From Diplonema japonicum (lineage: Eukaryota > Protista > Euglenozoa: Diplonemea): a DNA stretch of 64,000 nt. Positions 56,507 through 64,000 of this stretch are shown here, piece by piece. The stretch is from contig OZ025670.1 of the NCBI GenBank assembly GCA_964019335.1, forward strand, positions 372,001 to 436,000. Reading direction: 5' to 3'. The position numbers and the translations under genes are program-made. A model generated the notes under the pieces. It worked only from the letters and a program-made list of their open reading frames with translations. It made no database searches and was not told the DNA's origin. Each line of letters starts with the position of its first letter. Positions within the stretch are counted from its first letter, which is position 1.

Positions 56507-57575
56507 ATGGGTGAAGACCGATTCGATGGCATCTTGCTGGGGATGGCCCAGCAGATCACCGCGCAGGGCGGTGGTGGGGTTAAGGATTTGATCGAGGTAT
56601 TCTTCAGTTTCTTGAGAAGGAAGACTGACTTCTACACCGGAGCGGGTTCGGCAGGTGCGGAACAACTGATACTAGAGGCCTTCAGAAAGCACAAGGACCT
56701 CGCAGACGAGGTGATGGCGAAGGCAAGAAAGGAAGAGGAGAAGAAGATGGCGACAAGGAAGAAGCTTGAGGCACAGCAGAACCAGGCGTCGTTCGTGGAG
56801 GAAATCGACGAGGAAGAGGAAGCGAACGCAAAGGTAAAGGCGAAGAGGGAGATGGAAAAGCAAGAGGTTGAGAAGAAGAAGGCCAAAGACATCAAGACAC
56901 GCGCTGAGGAGGAAGCAGACCGCGAAAAGAAGCTGAAGGAAAACCCCGATTCACAGGAACCGGAGGTCAGCAACAAGGCGATCCCGAACACAGGGAACGG
57001 TGGGGATTTGGAAGGGTACTCTTGGACGCAGACACTGTCGGAGGTATGCGAGAGGGATGAAAATATTTTACAACTCTCCAGGTTGAGATCAGAGTGGGTC
57101 TTGAAAAGAAGTACAGGGCAAAGATGCTGGATGTGCAGATATCGCGAACGAAGCTGAAGGTTGGTGTGAAGGGGCAGAAGCCTGTTGTCGATGGTGACCT
57201 GAATGCTGTAGTGAAGGAAGATGACAGCATGTGGACCCTTGAGGACGGTGACACTGTTGTCGTGCACCTTGCAAAGCAGAATGGGATGGAATGGTGGAAG
57301 AACCTCATCGTGGGTATGGATCGAATCCATCCATTTCTTATTTTTCTCACCCCACAGGCGACCCTGAGCTCGATTTGCAAAAAGTTCAGCCCGAAAACAG
57401 CAAGCTAGACGATCTTGACGGTGAGACCAGACAGACCGTGGAGAAGATGATGTTTGACCAGCGCCAAAAGGCCATGGGCAAGCCCACTAGCGACGAACAA
57501 CAGAAGGAGGATGTTCTGAAGAAATTCATGGCTGCACACCCCGACATGGACTTCTCGCAGGCTAAGATCTGCTAG
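56507..57575 (+). CDS. NUDC: Nuclear distribution protein NudC (CS-domain co-chaperone), 3 exons
   Basis: [73 protein letters not shown]. Introns 57044-57081 and 57314-57357. Confidence 0.95.
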
Positions 57576-57892
57576 AAATCAAAAGAAAAGCGGAATGCAA
57601 CAAGATAAAGTGTTATTATTGGTTTCAAAATGTAAGGAAGAAGAGAAGACAAAACATAAAAGGAAAAAAAAGAAAAGAAAAAAGAGAAAAAGACAGCTAT
57701 CCCTATAGGATTTTTAGAACTTTGGACTGAGAGAGAGAAGAAGAAAAGGAGCCCCTTTCCTGCCCTCGTAGGTTTTTAATATCGCATCACTCTCCCCACC
57801 CTTTGTTTTTAGTTTGCTCGTTAATTATTCTTTCCAATTGTTTTTCCCGGGGGGGAGAAAAAAAGAATTAAAGAGAAAGGAACGAGGGGCCG

Positions 57893-59990
57893 ATGTTCGA
57901 TGACGATGTTCCGCCCTTGACAGGGCTGCAAGCGGATTCGCAGCTTGCCATGCAAATTCAAAATGAGGTGTGTACTTTACTTGCCCTTTACCCTTTCCCT
58001 CAGATTAAAAAGAAGCTCCAAGCAGAGTACTCTCATGCCGGGACACCAGAGACAATGTCGTCCGTGCTGCCAGTATGTGGTTTCGGTTTCAGGTGTCATT
58101 ATCTTTTTAATTTATAGGAGTATATCAAGGCGATGGTGTGCAACGCAAAGCCTAAAAAACAAGTGGTTCTTGACCTGGAACTGTTCTTAAAAGAAGCCGC
58201 CCCCGGGTTTGTTGACTGGCTGTGGACGATGCTGGCAGACTGGAACCCGAACAGAACCCACTCGGCCTTCGCTGCAGAAGACGACGAAATGGAAACAGCC
58301 GATGCAAAGGACATCGACCGTGTAAAAGAAAGGCGGCGGCCAAGGGACACCGACAAGGCATACCCATCCGCTCGGGGTTTCCGGAATGCACTGCAAAATG
58401 CAACAAAGGAAGTTGAAAAAAGGGAACGACGATTCACAAGACGGGATGACGACAAGGACAGAGACAGGGACAGGGATAGAGACAGGGACAGAAGAGACCG
58501 AGACAGGGATAGGACTGACAAGGACATCAGGGACAGAAGATACGACAGAGGCGACGACCGAGAGACGTTGAAATTCGATAGGAAGAAGATTAGGGAAGGC
58601 AGACTGCAGGACGAGTGGGACCAGCACAGGATGGAAGAAGCGAAGCCTAAGAAGCAGTTTAACCGGTTGACAAAAGAAGAGCCTAAAGCACCGACCCGAT
58701 TCCACATCACCGACAACAAGGGTGCGGGAGTCATAGCGCAGGGCGTGAGGCTTGACGTAGCACCCAACGGGACCGAACTCGACAGAACGCTCCTCAGCAA
58801 CGACACCGACACGGCGGATACAAAGTTCACCATCACCATGGACAGGATAAGTATGTGCTTTTGGGAATCGAACACCGTTACAGACCCGTCTGACGTCCCT
58901 AACATCTCACACTACGACGCTCCTGAACCCATGCAGCAGCAGCCCACTGAGGAACAACAACATTACGACCCTTCTTATGGCGGTATGATTTTCTTCCCCC
59001 CCATAATCTTCGCAGCCTATCCCACATGGGGCAAAGGATGGGGCAAGGGTGCAAAAGGTGCCAACACCGTTCCTTCCCCCGGCAGAGGCGGTGCGTGGTC
59101 GTGGAACGGAGGCAACATGACGTATGTTTTCAATAAATACCTTATTTCAACCGACAGCCTCACCCCCGGCCAACCAGCTGGTTCACCGAGTCCCACGCAA
59201 CCATGGACCAGCACCGGCAAGGGCAGAGGCGCATCTCCCTTTGTTGCCAAGGCCGTTGAAGAAAGAAGAAAATGGCAAACCGGAGGAAAGGCTGGGAGGG
59301 GTGCGTCCAACATGATCTGGCAGAACCCGGCACTCATGACTGAGGAAGAAAAGAAAGCTGCAAACGCAGCACTCACCGCAAAGATCGAAGCTCCATTGGC
59401 GGCTTCAACCGCAGGTTCAGGAAGAGGTATGAACAGGGGGGGGGAAAAGGTGGACATTGAGGGGTTCGAACCCTCGACCTCCCGTATGCGAAACGGGCGC
59501 TCTTCCACTGAGCTAAACGCCCGCACGCCGAATTTGGGCGTGTTTATGATATCCGCCTATCTGGCCAGCGGGTCTTTGATCCTCTTCCTGTGGGGTATGG
59601 GCCCCACCCGCGTATCGGCTGCTTCGGGGTCTACTATACAAGCATCTTGCCATCTTGCACTCGAAGAAGGTGCTGCACTCCAGCACGTCCATCTTTTCTC
59701 TATCCCCATCGTCTCACTGCCCAACATTTCTCTGTGGCAATCCAGATATAAATTAAAAACCAATCAATTGACACTGGATATTATTTATTGAACATATGAA
59801 AACCACTGAGGTGGTGTCGAAGGGTTTCATGCGCCTATTTAAATAGCAACAATAAAACGCAGGCGCCTTTAATAAGACATGGGTGAACCCCACTGTTGCG
59901 GCTGCGACTGCAGCTGCAGCTCCTGCCGCTGCTGCAACCACTGCTCCTGTTGCTGCACCGGCAGCACCGCCAGTGTCCGCAGGGATTTAG
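57893..59990 (+). CDS. PWI-like domain RNA-processing protein (ZC3H14/RBM26-type N-terminus) with RD-rich and RGG-like regions, 7 exons
   Basis: Introns 57968-58003, 58073-58117, 58851-58883, 58983-59015, 59122-59157, 59427-59862. Spliced LPEYIKAMVCNAKPKKQVVLDLELFL....FVDWLW. Last exon GAFNKTWVNP echoes SNMIWQNP. Confidence 0.75.
59451..59522 (-). tRNA. tRNA-Ala(CGC), antisense within an intron
   Basis: GGGCGTTTAGCTCAGTGGAAGAGCGCCCGTTTCGCATACGGGAGGTCGAGGGTTCGAACCCCTCAATGTCCA. Full cloverleaf, CGC anticodon, G3:U70 alanine identity pair, CCTTTT terminator downstream. Confidence 0.93.
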
Positions 59991-60416
59991 TCGGGATAAG
60001 AAAAAAAAGTTACAGAAGGAGGGGGAGAAGGAGAAGAAATAGGAGTGCAAGTGCTTGTCGGCACTTTAATTCCTTTCGACAGCATTGGTAAGCTGTCCTT
60101 CTTAACTTCCTGTTTACTAAAAAGAAAGCAACATAATGAAAAAGAAAAATCGACAAATATAAATTACAAAGAGAAAAGAAAACTGGACTGACCACCATGT
60201 TGATTACCTTTCCTGTTTTTGTTTTGTTTTTATTTAACCATTTACTAAAGTTAGTGTTTAAGAGTACGGGGGAGGGACGAAGATTAAAGAAAGACTCCAT
60301 GAGAGTGTCAGTCTTCGTCTCACCCCCCTTTTTTTACTGTGACAATCCCCCCCTTTAGACGGTGGAGAACGAAAGGACTGCGTCCTTTCGCTTTTCTTCC
60401 TCTTCTTCTCTTGTCT

Positions 60417-60454
<38 letters not shown>

Positions 60455-60595
60455 CTCTCCTTTACTTTAGTTGATTGATCGGAAGGCAAAAAAAAAAAAA
60501 AAAAAAAAAAAAAGAACGAAAAACCGGCAGATCAGATGCCCTTTTACCTTTCAGCAAGATTTCTCATCTCAAATTTTAAAGAAAAGGAAAGAAAA

Positions 60596-62506
60596 ATGTC
60601 AGTGAGTGAAGGACACCTGGGGACAACAGGTTATGAATACTACAAAGCAAAAGCCGTGGAAAGAGGAGTGCTGGGACTGAAGCTTGCTTGTTTGCATAAA
60701 GTCAGTTCGATGGTGGACGAGGGTGAGGAAATACTGAAATGCGTCCCTGCGTGTGTAGGTACGAATCTAGTGACGGTGGGGAAAGGGGATTGGCTGTACA
60801 AGATCCCTGTTAAAAACACATTAGAAAACATCAACTTGGACTACCAAGAAGGTGCGGACCTAACCCCGTTCCTTGACACCTCTTTCACAAAGAACATCCA
60901 GAAGCTGTCCGTCAAAAAAACAGGTTTCTCCGATGCTCATCTTGCATGCCTGCCCACTGGGCTCATTCATATCGACGTGCAGCACTGTCCGCTCATCACT
61001 GCAAAAGCGTTTTTTAATGCGATGCAATCCCTGCCCAACCTCACTTGCCTCGGGCTCCCTCCATGCGTGACACCACGTGGGCTGGCCTCGTTAAATAACA
61101 CGAAATTGCAGTCGGTGCTCGGTTCCAGCCTCCCGCCGGATTTTGTAGCGAAGCTCCCTAACCTAACTGAAGGAGAGGTACAAGAAGCAAAAATCGGGAT
61201 GAAGAAAATACACGTTAAGCAGTACTCTGCATTGCACAGGGACTTCTTTGCCCCTGTTGACGTTGGGCTACTAGAAGAACTTGACATGTGGGTCGACGGC
61301 CTTGAGTGCAGCAACGGGACCGTCCTTAGAGACCTTACAGGGGCAACAAACCTCCGTGTTATGAACCTGCTCCACACTGGGATTGAGTCAACTGAGGGGG
61401 ACTGGGTCGCAGCTGCAGAACATGAACTCAAATGCGCCCTTCCGGACATGGTGTCTCTCGAAGAGCTCGTCGTGCACTTGGAACGTGCTGCCACTACAGA
61501 GCTTCTCGCCTGCCTGCCTGCCTCCACGCAGATTGTCCGTCTTGACGGCAAGCGGTACAACCCTGATCCACTCGACGTGACTCCGTTCACTATCAAGCCG
61601 TTGTCAAACCTGACAACCCTCTGCCTCTCGTCTCTCCCCTCAGTTCCATCATCTCTTTTCGATGCCCTTCCTCTGTTTTCCTCCCTTCGTGAGCTTGTCC
61701 TCATCGATCTTGACCAGCCCGCGGAGGCGATCCTCCCCTACCTCCGGTCCTCCAGCATCAGGTACCTCGAGGTTAATGGTTGCCGCGGGTGGGACGACGA
61801 CACCCTGCTCCCCACACCCCTTCCGTGGCCGCACATCGCAGAGGACTTACCTAACCTTATGTCCTTGTTGCTGTATGGCATCCATCCTCTCTCCAGCGGG
61901 GACATCCTTCAATGCTTGTCCACAAAGCTAGTGTCATTGTCTTGCCCGACGGATCTGAAGGGGGGCGTCACGGGGCCTGGTGACCACTCGCTGCGCTACT
62001 TCAACATAGGTGGGGACCACGAGGTGACCTCAGACGGTGTGAAGGAACTTCTACTGGAGCTGCGGGACCTAGAGGTGGTGCAGATCGAGAACTGCCCGAA
62101 AGTCAAAAGAGTTATCCCTTTTTATCTATTTCAAAATCTGAACGAGCTCAGCCTTGTTGGTGTGGCGCTGTCGGATGAAGCGTGCTCCAGGAGCATCGTG
62201 GGGTGCGTCACATTGCGCTCCTTAGTACTAGACCTCCTCCCAGACGTGCTGCTCGACAAGACGCTTAAGGTCATTGCTACTCTCTCGCTCACGACCCTCA
62301 GTATTTACGACCTGTACTGCACCAGGTCTTCGTACGACATCGTCTCACAGACGCTCAACACTCTCCATCTTTACACCCCTTCCCCGATGCCCTCTACAGT
62401 ACTCCTCAAGATATCACAATCCTGTCCTAAACTGCGGTCCTTCCACGGGAGCATCCAAGGCAGGCCCTTACCGGGGCACGTGGCGGTGCACACGATGGGT
62501 GTTTAA
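60596..62506 (+). CDS. Leucine-rich repeat protein (RNI/FBXL-like)
   Basis: Repeated LxxLxLxxC-type units (LIHIDVQHCPLIT, IRYLEVNGC, LEVVQIENCPKV, CPKLRSF). Confidence 0.85.
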   Translation: MSVSEGHLGTTGYEYYKAKAVERGVLGLKLACLHKVSSMVDEGEEILKCVPACVGTNLVTVGKGDWLYKIPVKNTLENINLDYQEGADLTPFLDTSFTKNIQKLSVKKTGFSDAHLACLPTGLIHIDVQHCPLITAKAFFNAMQSLPNLTCLGLPPCVTPRGLASLNNTKLQSVLGSSLPPDFVAKLPNLTEGEVQEAKIGMKKIHVKQYSALHRDFFAPVDVGLLEELDMWVDGLECSNGTVLRDLTGATNLRVMNLLHTGIESTEGDWVAAAEHELKCALPDMVSLEELVVHLERAATTELLACLPASTQIVRLDGKRYNPDPLDVTPFTIKPLSNLTTLCLSSLPSVPSSLFDALPLFSSLRELVLIDLDQPAEAILPYLRSSSIRYLEVNGCRGWDDDTLLPTPLPWPHIAEDLPNLMSLLLYGIHPLSSGDILQCLSTKLVSLSCPTDLKGGVTGPGDHSLRYFNIGGDHEVTSDGVKELLLELRDLEVVQIENCPKVKRVIPFYLFQNLNELSLVGVALSDEACSRSIVGCVTLRSLVLDLLPDVLLDKTLKVIATLSLTTLSIYDLYCTRSSYDIVSQTLNTLHLYTPSPMPSTVLLKISQSCPKLRSFHGSIQGRPLPGHVAVHTMGV

Positions 62507-62577
62507 GCTTCCAATTTAATTTTTTTTTTTTGTGATTTCTTTGCAATGATTGAAGGCACAAAGGTGGCAACCTGCAT

Positions 62578-63435
62578 ATGAAAGAGACGGTTTTATCATT
62601 ATGGGAAGGTTTGCTTGCAGAGGCGGGGAGCGCACCCAAGAGGCTTGACAAGGGCGTGAGGATGCACGATGTGCTCATAGTAGTCGATATGCAAGTCGAC
62701 TTCATAGACGGCAACGTGAAGGTGCCGGAGGGGGAAACAGCTGCACAGGAGGCAGCTAAGCTCATTAGACACGCTGCTCGTGTGGGGTGTAAAATAATCG
62801 CCGCAAAGGCCTTCCATCCTGCAAACCACAACTGTTTCAGGAAGGGAATGATGCCGCCCCACTGCTTGCAAGGATCCGTAGGTGCGAACCTCTGTAGCCC
62901 TGTTGCCGATGCACTAACATACGCTGCTGAAAAGGCTGTGGAACGACGCGAGCATTCTGTTCACATGTGCTACAAAGGAATGAATGAAGACATCAACAGC
63001 CCTGGCGCGCTTCCTTATGGCCCGCAGTTTGCCTTGCAACGGCTGCAGATGACCGATACAAACCACATCCCTTTGGAATGGACGGGGTCCTTCGAGCTCC
63101 ATTCTTCTTCCAGGGATCTTAACATTGATGCTCATCCTGACATTCGGTCCATCTTGAAGAAAACGCCAATCAAAGAGCTGCTGTGGGGCCTGCCTGATAG
63201 CTCCCGCATGTTCATTTGCGGCTTGTCTTTCGACTTCTCAGTCCTCGACACAGCGTGTGCCGCCAGCATCATCGGCAAGAAGAACGTCCACATCGTGTTC
63301 GATGCGACACGACCTTTTTACTTTCCAGAAAAAGGGAAATACCGTGGCTTCGTCTCCAACCCCTCTGAGGTGCACAAGATGCTTACCCACAACGAGGTGA
63401 AGTTGTGCAACGTGTTTGACTTTCTAAAACCATAA
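62578..63435 (+). CDS. Nicotinamidase/isochorismatase-family protein with altered active site
   Basis: LIVVDMQVDF, HPANH, PPHCLQGSVGA, YKG, ICGLSFDFSVLDT, IVFDATR. Confidence 0.85.
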   Translation: MKETVLSLWEGLLAEAGSAPKRLDKGVRMHDVLIVVDMQVDFIDGNVKVPEGETAAQEAAKLIRHAARVGCKIIAAKAFHPANHNCFRKGMMPPHCLQGSVGANLCSPVADALTYAAEKAVERREHSVHMCYKGMNEDINSPGALPYGPQFALQRLQMTDTNHIPLEWTGSFELHSSSRDLNIDAHPDIRSILKKTPIKELLWGLPDSSRMFICGLSFDFSVLDTACAASIIGKKNVHIVFDATRPFYFPEKGKYRGFVSNPSEVHKMLTHNEVKLCNVFDFLKP

Positions 63436-63458
63436 CCATTTTCTTGCCAGTGCAACCA

Positions 63459-64000
63459 ATGTCAGTTATTCCCAGTTACAAAATGTTACCAAATATGCTG
63501 CAAAGCTCGACGTACAAGTGCAAGGTAGAAGCAGCCCTCGTCAACGTTCTGAAGGACCCCTCAGTGAAGGCGGTACCGAAGAAGGTGTGGAGAATGCTGT
63601 GGCTGCTGAGGGAGAGGCGGTGTGCAGAGTGTGAATACTACGACATCAACGAGGACCTTGCGGAGATCGTGCTGCAGTTTGTCCTGAAGGCTGGGCTCAC
63701 TGATACGAACATCAGCCTGCACTTTTCCTTTAGATTTGACAAATGGAATGACAAGCGCTTCTTCTGTAAGATTCAGATGCCTCATCAAACAATGAAATCC
63801 TTGAAGATCGGTGTCCTTTGCTTTTCGGTCACCGAAGAGTTGAATGCTGTGGAGGCAGGACTTGTGCCTGTCTCATCTGCTGACTTTGCTTGCGGAAGGA
63901 ACCGTAAGATATTGCGCAAATTATTCAAACCGTTTGACTACCTCTTGTGCATCGATAGCATGCTTCGCAGCGTTCCAAGGATCGTTGGGCCTCATCTAAA
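63459..64000 (+). CDS. Divergent ribosomal protein L1/L10a-domain protein (partial; runs off the window)
   Basis: Open frame from ATG 63459 to the window end (absent from the ORF track). DKRFFCKIQMPH...KIGVL...NRKILRKLFKPFDYLLCIDSMLRSVPRIVGPHL parallels uL1 (DKRFSG..., [22 protein letters not shown]). Confidence 0.75.
   Translation, partial: MSVIPSYKMLPNMLQSSTYKCKVEAALVNVLKDPSVKAVPKKVWRMLWLLRERRCAECEYYDINEDLAEIVLQFVLKAGLTDTNISLHFSFRFDKWNDKRFFCKIQMPHQTMKSLKIGVLCFSVTEELNAVEAGLVPVSSADFACGRNRKILRKLFKPFDYLLCIDSMLRSVPRIVGPHL

Noticed and set aside
59427-59791. C-terminal 120 aa of the 552-aa ORF as real protein
   Set aside because: It reads through an antisense tRNA. A GTATG donor and a downstream exon with a matching NxxWxNP motif support an intron instead.

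Overview
Eukaryotic nuclear DNA from a compact protist genome, most consistent with a euglenozoan and probably a diplonemid. This is inferred from unidirectional gene order, pyrimidine-tract+AG acceptors just upstream of start codons, tiny GTATG introns and protein styles. About 28 protein genes lie on the + strand: a tandem DUF2804-like pair, a cNMP-binding protein, a GT71 mannosyltransferase, an EF-hand K+ channel, a methyltransferase, a GGC1-like carrier, a divergent HSP70, an actin-like protein, a kelch protein, two PPR proteins, a CCCH zinc finger, NudC, a PWI protein, an LRR protein, a nicotinamidase-like protein and an L1/L10a-like protein. I traced 35 GT-AG introns by hand; 33 are 33-71 nt and often A-rich, and the ORF track misses them. 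There are three tRNAs: two Leu-AAG and one Ala-CGC lying antisense inside an intron. A decayed piggyBac is present. The most unusual signals are: (1) four non-autonomous elements from three unrelated sequence families sharing one architecture (asymmetric inverted repeats, family-specific iterons, a 120-150 bp terminal palindrome with ssDNA-type GNA/tandem-GA motifs, and an AATAGTYA-TT end); (2) both long introns carry RNA cargo; (3) unexplained, strongly base-paired non-coding domains at 30.7-30.95 kb and across a 6 kb gene-free stretch after the CCCH gene. All structures were found by eye and need computational confirmation.
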